Of a DNA stretch of 64,000 nt, positions 37,301 to 50,300 are shown piece by piece. The notes below the pieces were generated by a model. That model saw only the letters and a list, made by a program, of their open reading frames with translations. It did no database searches and was not told the origin of the DNA. The stretch comes from Fistulifera solaris (Eukaryota). The stretch lies in NCBI GenBank assembly GCA_030295235.1, contig AP026173.1, forward strand, positions 248,001 to 312,000, read 5' to 3'. A program made the translations under genes and the position numbers. Each line of letters starts with the position of its first letter. Position 1 is the first letter of the stretch.

Positions 37301-38743
37301 TTACTACCTCTTCGGCTTCCGCTTGCCTCTGAGCGGATAAAACCTAGTCTTCTGGATATAAAAGTGCGGGGAACTAAAGTTGGTAAAGTGAACGAAAAAG
37401 AGGCCGAGGAAATTGTTAATCGAATCCAAGCTATAGTTAACACGACGACAAATACACCTCGAACCATCGGTGTTATTTCGTTGATGGGAGACGAGCAAAG
37501 TCGCCTCATTCGTGGCCGCTTGCTTGATCGGGTAGGGCCGCATAATATGGCGCTTCACAATATTCTTGTCGGCGACCCCCCTACTTTTCAAGGTGCCGAA
37601 CGTGATATCATATTTTTGAGCATGGTCGCATCTCCTGGGAGTGTTCCGACACAATCTCAACTAATGAACTACCAACGTGTCAATGTTGCGATGTCGAGAG
37701 CAAGGGATCAATGCGTTCTTGTACGGAGCATCGAATTGACAGATATCCCCTCACAAGACGATATAAAGGTTCCCGTGCTCACTTTCTTTCGTACAGTAAC
37801 AGAATCAGACGATGCAGGCGAGGTGAAGCCTCAATCACCAGTGCAGCGCTTGCTTCAACGACATCTTGTTGAGCAAGGTTTCTCAATACGTCCAATGGGT
37901 CTCGTTTGGCCCGGTGGTCTTTGCGTTGAGCACGGGGATGCTCGTGTTGCTCTGCTGGTGGAGGGAGATGGAGAGTCCCTTCTAGAATGGAAAAAGAGTT
38001 TTTCACAGCAAAAGGCTATTGAGAGAGTGGGCTGGAAATGTCTGCGAGTTGATGCATGGTCTCTACTAACAGAGCCTGTAGGAACTATGAATTCTGTTTG
38101 TAATTTCATGGAGTCGCATGGAATCGAGAAACCTATGGTTATTTATGATGAGCTCGAAGATGACGAGTCAGAAGTAACCGACCAGGGTAGACAGATGGGA
38201 GATCGGGGTATTCCAGTGCAGGAACAGGCTCCAGATCTTGGACGGGCCCCCGCCGACCCGGAAATTGTCGTAATTAGTAGCGACGACGATGAACAAGCAA
38301 GTCGCCCGGAGCCGGAGGCAGTTACAAGTGGCGGCAATTTCGGTCGTGGATCGGACGTTATGGACGAAAATTTATTTGGTGAAGTTGTCGGAATGGACTT
38401 TTTGTTGCAAAAGCCCGAAGACGACATGGAAGCTGACTCCTCGCTGGGACTTCCGCTTGAAGTACCGTCATCGTCATGGCAAGGGCAATCTACTTATGGA
38501 CGACATGATGATGAATCGAACGACGAGGACAGTGATTCTGATAGCCAAGCTGCGAACAGACGAAGACAAAAGAAGAAGCCTCGTCACGAAAAGCGTTCGA
38601 CTCGCCCACAGCGACGACAAAAGAAAAAATATTCGTTTTCCGATTCAGAAAGTACGGGAGCGGACAGCAAAACGAATGATAGCGGGGACTCCGAAAGAGA
38701 ATGGCTTGAACACAGCTATGATCGACTTTTGCAAAACCCATGA
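34319..38743 (+). CDS. Superfamily 1 (DNA2/NAM7-like) helicase with C-terminal restriction-endonuclease-fold (Vsr/MTES_1575-like) domain
   Basis: EGPPGTGKTHTIAN; RVLVTS; FDLVICDEASQ; IVGDTKQVSP; LSEHFRC; FQGAERD; RVNVAMSRARD; tail SPVQRLL...QKAIERVGWKCLRV; intron 35902-35981. Confidence 0.85.
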
Positions 38744-38940
38744 GAAATGCTTACTATAGAATTTTTCAGCTGCTTATAAACCGCAAACAATTTTTATTTT
38801 GAAAAACCAAATTCGATCCTCGGACCTCGTGGCAAATGTTCGAATGAAGTTGCAAATCAAGCGACAGGAAGTTGTAGCTGAGCCAAAAATCCGAACAGCC
38901 CAAAGCGATGAGCGCTAAGGTCGTCTTTAATGCAGCATTG

Positions 38941-40267
38941 TCAGTTAAACGAAGGATTCCATCTTTTGCCGATTTTCCACAAGACGGGACCGCGTCTACA
39001 AACCGAAAATCTCGTTAGCAATGATATCAAAATAAGCTCCTTTTCCTCGTCTTGGCTAATACTTACATATTCTTTCAATTCATTTTCTAGCTGAGAATCC
39101 GGCACGACAACTTCATCGACTTCTTCCTCATCCTCATCTTCGTCTTCGATTTGATTCTTTCGATGCTTTCTTTTCTTATTCCGTCTTCTCGGAGGCTTCC
39201 ACGAACTCCAAAACGAATCGGGTACTTTCTTTTCTATATCCGGACCCAAATGTTGTTTCAACGCCGCGTCTTGCGCTTTGCCCCGCGACAGTATCGAAAT
39301 CTTGGCCTTGGTGGTATCGCGCATCAACGGCGATAACAACTTATAGATGGTCTGGAACCATTTGGGCGTGTTGACCACCAGTGTTTGATGGGCGCGTTGC
39401 GGATAATACGAGTCCATGGTACTCACAAAGGTCTTGACAAAATTGATCATGTCCATTTGTCGTAAAATACCCAAATTCAATCCTTGCAAATCAATGACCG
39501 ATGTCATGGTCGCGAGCGCATTGTCGGCTTCCACAATTTGCCACAAATACTCATTGACGTACACATAATGCATCAACAGCTCTTCTTCGGTCAAATGATT
39601 GTCGCGGGCACGTTGCAGATTGATCCGCGCGGGATGCTGCACAAATACCACGTGTCCTTCCGGATTGCGACCCAAAAAAATAATGGGGGTACACGGCTTT
39701 GCAAAGATCGAATTTGGGATGCGGCCTATGCAAAATGTGATCAATGTCGTGTGTTTGTCGCCATTGCAGTGCCGCCTCCAAGGACTGTTTCGCGGCCGCG
39801 CGATTCCCACTGTGCATTTTGAGGAAGCGTGTCGGAATTCCGTCGGGATCGTTCTCACTGCCGTCGTTTCGTTGAAACAATCCATACGACTGTGCCCCGC
39901 CTCGTGGATTCGACCACCAAGTCGGAGCCGTGTCGTTGCGTTTCGGAAGATTATTGTATTGGCCTTCTTGGACTGGTAGGCCCGTCAAGACTTCGAGATC
40001 GGCTTCTTCGGTAACTGTCAGTTCGGGCACAAACCAGCAATCATTACTACTGGCGACAGTCAATTCAATGAGAGGTCCCATATTTTGAGTCGCCGCATCG
40101 ACATTAAACTCATAATTGGACCAAAACAACAACCGATCGAGGGCCGAACTCCGACGCAATTGTACCGAATCAACTTTGGCTGTCGTTCGAAGTGTCGCTA
40201 TGGCGACGACCGAAAGTAATACTGTTATGCGGTTATTATTCAGCAACATGGAGATGTGATTATTCAC
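38941..40267 (-). CDS. CRAL-TRIO (Sec14-like) lipid-binding protein
   Basis: RFLKMH...ALQWRQTHDIDHIL; VIDLQGLNL; MDSYYPQRAHQTLVVNTPKWFQTIYKLLSPLM..TKAKISIL; hydrophobic N-terminus; acidic tail. Confidence 0.85.
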
Positions 40268-40694
40268 GTGTTTCCTTTTAGAATAGTAAAATGTTTTGAA
40301 AGAAACTCAACAAAACATTGAGGAGGAGGAGTCGTCAAAAATTAGTCGTATAAAGAGAGCAACGACTTCCATCCATCTCTGTCGGACTTTCAAATTCCAT
40401 CGGTCCGATCTTTGTACTTCTTGTTTCATAGTAAACTGGCACTCCGCGGTGAGGAAGAACGATCCTGTCACCGTTCCGACACGACGGGGTCTTGTTTCTT
40501 CGGAAGGAAGGACGGAAGGACCATTGTGTCCTTCCTTCGCTTCGCTTCGGCGCACTGGCCGGCAGGCGTGCGGACGGGAAAATGACAACGCAAAAAAAAT
40601 GCGTGTGGAGGCAAGGATGATGCGGAGGTGTTGTGTTGTTGTCATCATACTTCAAATTACTTTCTTGCAGCATTAGATCACATAACAAACAATC

Positions 40695-43600
40695 ATGGAA
40701 AAAGACGATGAATCTGTCGCATCTTCGGCCGTCGAATTCGACGGCATGGATATGAATGAAGAAGTCGCGGCCGTCGAAGAGGAAGAGGAAGAGGAAACCA
40801 TATTGCCCGACGATACCAACAACAACACGGAAGACGATTTAGCGAATCAAGATGACTTGGAGATGGAAGAAACGCGAAAAGAACGCATGGAACTCATGGC
40901 AGCGGAAACCAAGTCGACCGTTTTGCCCGACGATGCGCAAGGACGTTTTGAGTACCTGATGCAACAATCCGAAGTCTTTGCTCATTTCTTGGCCGGTGCG
41001 TGTCTGCTAGTAATATGCTTTTTGGAAGCTCATCCTGTACTTACGCTTTGCTTTTCGTAGGATCCGTCGCCGCCACAGAGGCGAAAAAAGAGTAAAAAGG
41101 GATCACGCGGTCGTCTCACCGAGGCGGAAGAAGATGCTTTGTTGCTCAAGAGTGCTGCGAGTAAGCGACGTGTCATTCGCTTGGATCATCAGCCGTCGAA
41201 TTTAGCCGATCATTGTAAAATGCATCCCTATCAGCTAGAAGGTCTCAATTGGTTGATCAAACTTCATGATCATGGCATCAGCGGTATTTTAGCCGATGAA
41301 ATGGGATTGGTAGGTACTGACAACGCATCTTTTCGTCCTTCTTCATTTCACGTGTACTCACCTTTTTGACACAGGGAAAAACGCTACAAACGATCTCCAT
41401 GTTGGCCTATTTGCGCGAAGGCCGAGGAGTGAAAGGACCTCATCTGGTCATTGTCCCCAAAAGTGTCGTGGGAAATTGGATGCGAGAATTCAAAAAGTGG
41501 TGCCCCGTGATTCGTACGATCCGGATGGGTGGTACCAAGGAAGAACGTCAGCGCTTTTTGGCGAATGGATTTGCGCCCGACGCGAACGGAAAACACACCG
41601 TGCCGAAATTCGATGCCCTGGTCACAAGTTACGAAGGTTTGTTGAAAGAAAAGGGGCGTTTGAGCAAAGTGGCGTGGCAGTACGTGATCATTGACGAAGC
41701 GCATCGCATCAAGAACGAGCAGTCGTCACTGAGCATTGCGGTCCGCAATATGAAGACACAGTTCCGATTGCTGATTACGGGAACTCCTTTACAAAACAAT
41801 CTGCGGGAGCTGTGGGCTTTGTTGAACTTTATCATGCCCGATATTTTTGGAGACGCCGACATGTTTGATCAGTGGTTCAGTCTTGCGGACGACTCCGGGA
41901 AAGAGAATGTGATCAAGAAATTGCACACGGTGTTGCGTCCCTTCATGTTGCGTCGTGTGAAAAAGGATGTCGCCACAGCACTTCCTCCGAAGAAAGAGAC
42001 GCGTTTGTATATTGGGTTGACCGAGATGCAACGCGAGTGGTACATCAAATGCCTGCGAAAAGAAGCACACGAACTGAACAAACTAGGCGGACCCGACAAA
42101 AACCGGTTGCTCAATGTGCTGATGCAGTTGCGCAAGTGCTGCAATCATCCTTACTTGTTCGACGGCGCCGAAGAAGGACCTCCCTATTGCGATGGACCGC
42201 ATTTATGGGAAAACAGTGGCAAGATGCAATTGCTTCACAAGCTTCTACCAAAACTGAAGGCCAACGACAGTCGAGTCCTTATATTTAGTCAAATGACGCG
42301 AGTGTTGGATATTTTGGAAGACTACTTTCGATTGGTAAATTACGATTATTGTCGCATTGATGGCAACACCGACGGTGAAAAGCGCGACTCTCAGATGGAC
42401 GAATTCAATCGTGTTGGCTCGCCCAAGTTTGCATTCTTATTGAGCACTCGAGCTGGTGGCCTAGGTATCAATTTGGCGACAGCGGACATTGTCATCTTGT
42501 ACGACAGGTAAGTCTCAAGTTTGACGTGGGCAATTAGAACGTTTTGATGATGAGACCGGTTTCTGATTATTACACCGTCGTATAAAACGCTCTTCAGTGA
42601 CTGGAATCCACAAGTCGATTTGCAAGCTATGGATAGAGCACATCGCATCGGGCAGACAAAGCCGGTTCAAGTATTTCGTTTCATTACGGAAGGAACCGTT
42701 GAAGAAAAGATTATTGAACGAGCAGACCGCAAACTCTTTTTGGATGCCGCAGTTATTCAGCAAGGTCGCCTTGCAGAGCAGCATTCGTCCCTTGAGAAAA
42801 ACGAACTGATGAAGATGGTTCAGTTTGGTGCAGATCAAATTCTCAGCGGGACGGGTGGGCAATACACTGACGAAGATATTGATGCCTTGATTGCAAAAGG
42901 CCAAGAACGCACCGACGCCATGCAAGCAAAGCTTCAGAAAGATGCGAAGCACAACCTTGCTAATTTCAGTCTGCTCTCAGAGGATGAGTCGGGAAGGGAC
43001 ACCTTTGCCTTCGATGGCAAAAATTATCGCGACGCGGACAAAAATCCGGGAAATTTCATCAATCTGCCGCAGCGTCAGCGTAAACGGGTGTACGACCTGG
43101 CCGCTTCAAGTCAGGGTAACTCGGCCGCCATGAAGGGCCATGCCGCTGATGCTACAGCCAAAAAGAAAAGGAAGGGTCCCGCTTTGCACGATTTTCAATT
43201 GTTTGACATGGAGCGCATGAATTCTATTTTGACGAAAGAGCGCGAGCTTGCCACGAAGAAGGCCAATCGAATTGCAGCCATCAACGACATGAGACAGCGA
43301 GGCGTCGAAGCCCCTCCCCGTTCCGCCGGAGTGGCACAGGGACACGGTCGTGAAGACTACCTGGAAGAAGCAGCCCGACAAGAAGCTACATTGGATGATA
43401 TTAAACTAACGCCGCAGGAAGAGGAAGAAAAGAAGAAGCTATTCGCAGAAGGTTTTCCTGACTGGAGTCGCAAGGATTTCAAGGCGTTTTGCTCTGGTCT
43501 TGAGAAATATGGTCGCTACGATTTTCCGAACGTATGTAATGAAGTAATAAGCGAGACAGGGAAGACGCGACAGGAAATTCAGCGATATTTCGTCGCCTTC

Positions 43601-44098
43601 TGGACGCACTATCAAAGAATCAAAGAGTGGCCAAAGATTCTTGAGAAAGTTGAACGCGGTGAAAAGAAGATCTTGCGATTGCGACAGATTCGCGACGCCA
43701 TTCAAGAGAAGGTTGAGCGTCATCTCGAAGACACGTTTGGACCACATTACGGACAAAATGCCAAGACTTTGGAAGGCAAGCCGCTCCCCAGTCTATCCGA
43801 GATGCTTCACTATTCATGGCCTTTGATGAAAATTAACTATGGCTCTAGCGGTCGGGGAAAAGGTTATCGTGAAGACGAGGATGCTTTTCTGGTTTGCATG
43901 ATGTACCGCCACGGATTTGGAGCGGCGGAACGCATCCGTATGGAGATTCGAAGAGCGTGGCAGTTTAGGTTTGACTGGTATTTCAAATCTCGTCCAGCCG
44001 CTGATATTCAACGACGCTGTGAAGCGATTGTGAAGGTGATTGAGCGCGAAAACGAAGAGTTGCGTAAAAAGGAAGAGGGGGTCCAAAGGAGCCGCTGA
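40695..44098 (+). CDS. ISWI: ISWI-family SNF2 chromatin-remodelling ATPase
   Basis: [78 protein letters not shown] ([16 protein letters not shown]); introns 40996-41060, 41310-41374 and 42508-42597. Confidence 0.95.
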
Positions 44099-44535
44099 TT
44101 GAGTTACCAGAACCGACGCCTTCTACACCACTTGCGAGTTAAGAATTATCAACCCGACGTTTCAGTCTTTTGCTGTTTTAGTCTGGTAAGCTGCTGGATA
44201 CTAGTTTAAAATTAAGCAATCGGACAACTTACTCTGTTTCCGTCTCCGTGTTTAACATCAATCTTAGTTTTTTTTTCCCACGCTGCATTCGTGTTGACGG
44301 TTGACGATCCCGAAGTAGGCAAAATATTTCAAAAGTGAAATTAAAGTATAATCTCGTACTGTACTCTTTGAACCGTTCGAAACTGTTTTCGCCGATTTTT
44401 TCTGTTCTCCCATAACCGTCACACAACCACTTTTCACTTCATCAACAACATTGTTCTTGCTTTTCTCCTCTACAAACCTTGCAAAACAGGAAAGTTACAA
44501 AGACATTGAGGAATCGGAGGACAAGGATTGCAAGA

Positions 44536-46230
44536 ATGGACGATTTCTGCGGAATGTGAGTTGTTGGCGCTGTAAATTTCCGTATGGTGTCTGTCTCGCT
44601 TTTAACATGTCTACCGTGTTCTTCCGTTTCGTACAGCAACTTCTGTGGCAACACAGCCGATGTTTTGGGTACCGCTGGACAAGAAGTAGAAGAGTCGTGT
44701 TTAAAAGATGACGAAGCTCTCGCAAAAAGAACGAACGCCGGTGACCTTGTTTCGGTGGCGCTGCACAATGACCTACATTTGACAGAACAAGATGTCGAAG
44801 CCGCGCAACACAACCCTAACAAACGATCCGAGAGTCAGATAGAACAAGTGGAAGACGATTTGAGTCAAAGAGTCAAATCTACCGCGGAGATTGTCGCACG
44901 AACCAGCATCGAAGGCCTAAAATATATCGTGTCCCTTGCCTTGCTCGGCTTTTCCATGGTCCTCATTACCGCGGCTATGTTCACGGAACAAACGACGGCT
45001 ACTGCTGAGAATGGTATTCATCCTGCCGTCACGTTCTGTGTCTTTTCGTTCCTCATTGTCTGGCTCGCCATGATGGAAGGAGGACAAGGTTGTTTGGTCG
45101 GATTGCAAACAATTGACAAAACATTATACGCCGAGTCGCATCCTCGAGCATTTCGGACCGCAAAATTGGCACATAAGGGAGACAACATGGAAAGATTCAT
45201 GGTGGGTCGCCAATTTTTGGTGGTTCTCGTCATTTTCGTGATGAACATGATGTCGTCGACGGTCGAACAAGCCAGTGTGTTCAGTTTGCCGGAAAGCGTG
45301 GTCGGTGTCTTTCTCGACTCTGGAATTGCCGTCATATTGACTACCGTCATAGTGGGTCAATTAACATCGCAAGTGAATGCCGCCCAATGCATGCTGGATT
45401 TCATCAACAATTCGTTCATGACGTTTACCGTCTACGCCTCGTTGGCCATTGAAATGTCTGGGCTGTTGCATTCGGTATACTTAATAAGTATGCTCTTTTC
45501 CATGATATCGAGAAAACCGATCTCATCGAATGAATCGGATCGCACCAATCTACAAAAGTTGTTCTTTTGGATTCGGATTGTATTCTCTGTGGTGATTCTC
45601 GTCGCCGCCTTTGTCTTTACTCTGGGCGCTTTATTCTCGGGCAAGACCATGGCATGGGGTGGTATGCCGAGTGCTGTATCCGTGGCAATTTTCTTTCTTC
45701 TCATGTGCTTTGCGGGTCTTTTGGACGGTCTCCAAATTGCTTTATTCGCCGTGGTGAATTTGACCGAATCCGAACGGACCGCTCACCCCTTGGCGCATCG
45801 AAGTTGTCAGTTGGTGTTCCGAGAACCGCATACATTGGGTGCCTTTTTGATTGGACGTCAAATCTGTGTGACCGTGTGCATGTTCGTGGTGGCGCGTCTT
45901 TCGGCCATTCAGGTCGACGACACCGAGACTCTCTTTGGCGTCAGTGACGGCGTCCAACAATTCCTCAATACGGGCTTGTTGGGAGCTGTCTTAACGACGA
46001 TTGTGGCCTCGTTAATATGGCGCGTCATCGCTTCGGCATTCCCAGTTGCGTTTTTGTCGAATCCTTTGGTGTTTGTGATCATTCGACTGTGTTTGCTCCT
46101 GGAACAATCGGGAATCTGTTCAGCCTCTTGGACGTTGGCCAGTCTGCAAAAGAAACTGTTTGGTTTTCGTCCCGACGACGAGTATTTGGGTGATTTACGA
46201 CGCAAAGAAAGTACTTGCAGTAATTCATAA
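44536..46230 (+). CDS. SIT: Silicon (silicic acid) transporter
   Basis: About 10 TM helices; GXQ motifs MEGGQ, GRQF, DGLQ and GRQI; CMLD motif; probable short first exon with intron 44556-44636. Confidence 0.93.
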
Positions 46231-46370
46231 ACTTGTGGGTCCTGAACATAGTAGAAGTTGATGATAGAACATGGCAATGCTTCGCCTAGAATGCAACAGG
46301 CACGCTCGCACCTAGCACGGAAGGTGAGACGTCGCACTGGTGTCTGACTCATTCGTCTGTAAATTACTGG

Positions 46371-46458
46371 CGAAATAACCGAGTGTAGTACAGACGGGGA
46401 AGCCTCCGTGGTAGATGTAACACTTGTAGTCATAATTTTACACCACTGCCTTATTTCG
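46371..46458 (+). repeat. 5' LTR (88 bp, CGAAATAA...TTATTTCG)
   Basis: Identical to 53086-53173; preceded by CTGG at 46367-46370. Confidence 0.92.
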
Positions 46459-47315
46459 GGTTAAAAACCGGGGTTTCGCGATGAATCCCTCTGAAACGAT
46501 GAAATACACAGGAAAACAATGGTAATATCGTAAGAGTAATGTTCCTTATGTATGTGTTACTAACTGTTGGGCTTGAGTGGTCAAGGAGATGGTCTCGGCG
46601 TTGTCGGAAGTCGACAATTGTCCACATGAAAATGTGAGATCATGACCTTATGTATAGGTCGACCCCATGGAGTCATCATGTTAATCATATGTCTTGATTA
46701 GATAGCTGGGTTTGTGAGGTAATTAGCTTATGAAGCACCGTTGCTTTCCTTTATTGACAGTTCTGGCTCTGTCGATGGATGCATCGGACCACAGTGATTA
46801 TGTCACTTGTCGGGTAAAATATGGGGGACGCCGATACATGCTAATACACCTTTAATGCTAGAATACATAAATGAGTGAATAATTCACCCGATTGTTTCAA
46901 GTCCTCATGGTGGAGGGATGTTTTTCCTCCAGAGGCGGTCAAAGCACAACATCGTCGGATTTCGCGAGAAGTTGCGCAAGTGAAATCGTGTTGTGCGTGT
47001 ATTTTGGCCTGTCCGAGGTCGTGTTCTATACTGTTTAGGCCGATCTGTTTTTTGACTATGAACGGATTCAAAGCTAAATGAGGGTGTGGACGATTGTTCT
47101 GTAGGGCCTAGTGTGTACAATGGCCTTACGTACATAAGGGCACTTTTGACGCTTTACACTGGAGTTCCCTACAGTAAACAACACTCTCGGCGGGGAGAGT
47201 AAAGGGGTCGGAATTTCGTGCAAACGTTATGCACAAAAGAAAAAGAAACGCCGCTTCGCTTTTATCTCCCTCGCATTCCGATTTGTGAACTTTCTCTCCT
47301 TTCTCCTTGTTTACG

Positions 47316-50300
47316 ATGGCAGCCAATCTTGCTGCATTCAACAACTACCTCCGTGATGTCCTCTTTATTGAGGACGCTGGCAGCTCGTCAGGCCATCAAT
47401 GGCCAAGGCATTACCAGCGTTTGACGACTTGACGCACCGGAGTGATAAGTACGCTCAGGAGATCTTTACGAAGATTCGAAACCCTGGGGGTTTGATTCCA
47501 AACCCAGCCTTTGTCCCTCCTGCGGTTGGAGCGGAGGCTGCACCGATGGTACCTGCGATGATTCCGAACCGTGGTATTGCGATCGGAGTCAATCTTGAGC
47601 TCCGTGTTCGTCAGCTTCGCTACTTCCTTTTCCACTTGCACCGCTTGCAGCGCGAAGTTTGTTCCTGGCTTTGCAACTCTTGCTCGATTGGAACGCGCTT
47701 GGACTTTGGCGTGAGCGCATTCGTCGATGCGTGAGACCAACAAAGATCTTCCTAAGATCGATGTGTTGTTGAAGGTGGAAAACGCTTCGGAAGACGATTG
47801 AAGACATCGACGAGGTACTTGGCAATCACCTTGGAGCTTATGGTGCGCCTTTGTCATACCTTGTGCGGGAGCATGTCGATCCCGATGGAATCGAAGGGGT
47901 TGATGATCCAGGTTTCGGTGTCCCTGATGCTATGTCGGAACTTGTTCATCGTGACTCGCCATGATGGAGACCAGTATGAAGAAGACAATATGATGCTGTG
48001 GAGCGTTATTCGTCAGGTTTCACACGGTGGACCAGCTTGGAATTGGGTTAAGCCTTTTGCTTACAGCAAGGATGGACGCCGCTTATTTTGCCTTGAAGAC
48101 TCACTATATGGGGCGTTCTTATCAGAAGCGCAACATTGCTCATGCCGACCGAGTCCTTTTGACAGTCTTCTATGATGGAAAGGCGCGTAACTTCACCTTT
48201 GAAGACTACTGTCAGAAGCTTAACTTGGCTTTCTTGGACTTGGAAGAGGCGGGTGAGGTGATGACTGAAGATAGGAAGGTACGAATCTTTCTAGACAACA
48301 TCTGGGCAGATGAACTAAAGATGAGCGTCGAGCGTCCGGGCTGATGCTGTGTTGGAAAGTACCTTCGAAAACGCGATGAACTACTTGGCTGACCAGGTTG
48401 ATAGAAAGAAGCAAGATGCAGCAAAGACCCGTGGTTCCACTCGCAACATTTCTTCGGTTACCAGAAATTCTGGCGGCGGTAACAACAAGAAAGGTGGCGG
48501 CAAATCTGGTAAAGGAAAGGGCGGAAAAGCAAAGAGAGGCAAAGATGGTGTCCCGTACTACAAATGGAAGGACTGGATCAAGTTACCGAAAGAGAAACAG
48601 GAAGAAGTTCGCAATGCTCGTGAAAGGGCTAAGTCTGAGACGCGAAATGCTTCAGCTGTTGAGACGGCTGACTCCGATAGTGACGATGTGGTTGAGTCGA
48701 CAGGTAACCGCATGAGTCGACGACCTTGACTGGCGGTGCAGCGAGTTCGCGGCGGCAATGCGACAACAGACTCCTGGTAGAGCTGAATTGGACTCGCACT
48801 GTGATACTTGCTCGTTCGGTAAAGACGCCGGTTCTCGTGTATGATACCGGCGAAACAGTTTCGGTGGAACCATTCATTAGTTCTCTTGGGAAAGTGACCA
48901 AAGTTCCCATTGGTACAGTTGCGGTTGCATACGATTGCCCCACGACGCTGCAAACCCACGTTTTGTTCTTTCACCAGTCACTCTACTTTTCAAACATGCA
49001 TCGACACTTGATCAGCCCCGCTCAACCGGCACAACCAAGTCGTTGTGAATGAAACTCCTCTCCTACACCTACCTCCCGGAACAACGTCGCCCGGAGAGCC
49101 ATTCTATTTTGTTTTCTGAGCCAGCTCTCCAGATTCCTTTGAAACTGATGGGGACTATTTCATATTTCCCCACTCGCCGACCGACCGACAAAGAACTGAG
49201 CTCGGACGTTGACTGCATCCATGTAAACGTCACCTCCGAAGTCGTTCTGGGATCCTATGGATTCTAACCACGCGCATGATGAGGACTCATTGCGTGTTTC
49301 CCTTGACTCTGAGCTTCGTTTTAGGGGGACAGAGGATGCTTGGTTCGGTTACGAGTGAGCGCACGTTTGTCCCGCCAGCTCGTTCGATTGCTGTGATTTC
49401 AGCTGAGCGGTTCGGCAGCTTTTGACATCGATTCGTATGCTGCTTCACAAGTGCCGCAATCTCAACGAAGAACCGGAAAGCATATGTCACACCCGAAGAT
49501 TTGGCAAAACAATGGAGTATAGGGATCGAGACGGCTAGGCGAACGCTCCAGCGAACGACGCAACGGGCAATTCGGGACTTCTCGACAGTCTCTGGAACGC
49601 TGCCGTCTCAAACCATTTGGCGTACCAGCTGCGTTATCCTTGGCTTAATACGGAGATGTACTGCGACATTCTGGTCGGTACATGTGTCTCACTGCTGGGT
49701 AACAAATATGCGGCTGTGTATTGCACCCCCTTTCACTGGATATGTGTGGACCCGATTGAAAAGAAAAGCGATGCCCATTACACGCTTGACAACTTGTTTC
49801 GTCCGCCGTCGGGAGTCCCTCACACTTTAATTCCAGACAATGCCGGAGAGTTGACAGCAGGAGAGTTTAAGCGAAGCGCTTAACGAGTGCAAGCGACCAT
49901 TAGGCCGATCGAAGCACACACGCCCAACGCCAACCCTCGCTGAAGACGGCATTCGTGAATTGAAAAGGATGTATAGGCGTGCTATGATTCGCACAAATTC
50001 CCCACGTTGTCTATGGGACCTATGTTTGGTCTACCACGCTGTATGTTCGGAGCCACTCTTGTCTTCGATAAGACAGTTAGATGGTGAAGTGCCGCAGACG
50101 CTTTTGACAGGGGACACCGCTGATATTTCACACATTTGTGAGTTCGGTTGGTATGATTGGGTTTGGTTTATCTCGCCTCAAGACGAAAATATGGAAAGGA
50201 AGCATCTTGGAAGATACCTTGGTCCCAGTTTCGATGTCGGTGATGTCCTATGTGCTAGGATCCTACCCGCTTCTGGTCGACCGATTTCCCGTACAAGTGT

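Noticed and set aside
46384..46445. Canonical TG...CA LTR nested inside the 88-bp repeat
   Set aside because: Identity between the two copies extends beyond it to the CG ends, and only those ends are flanked by a duplicated target site.
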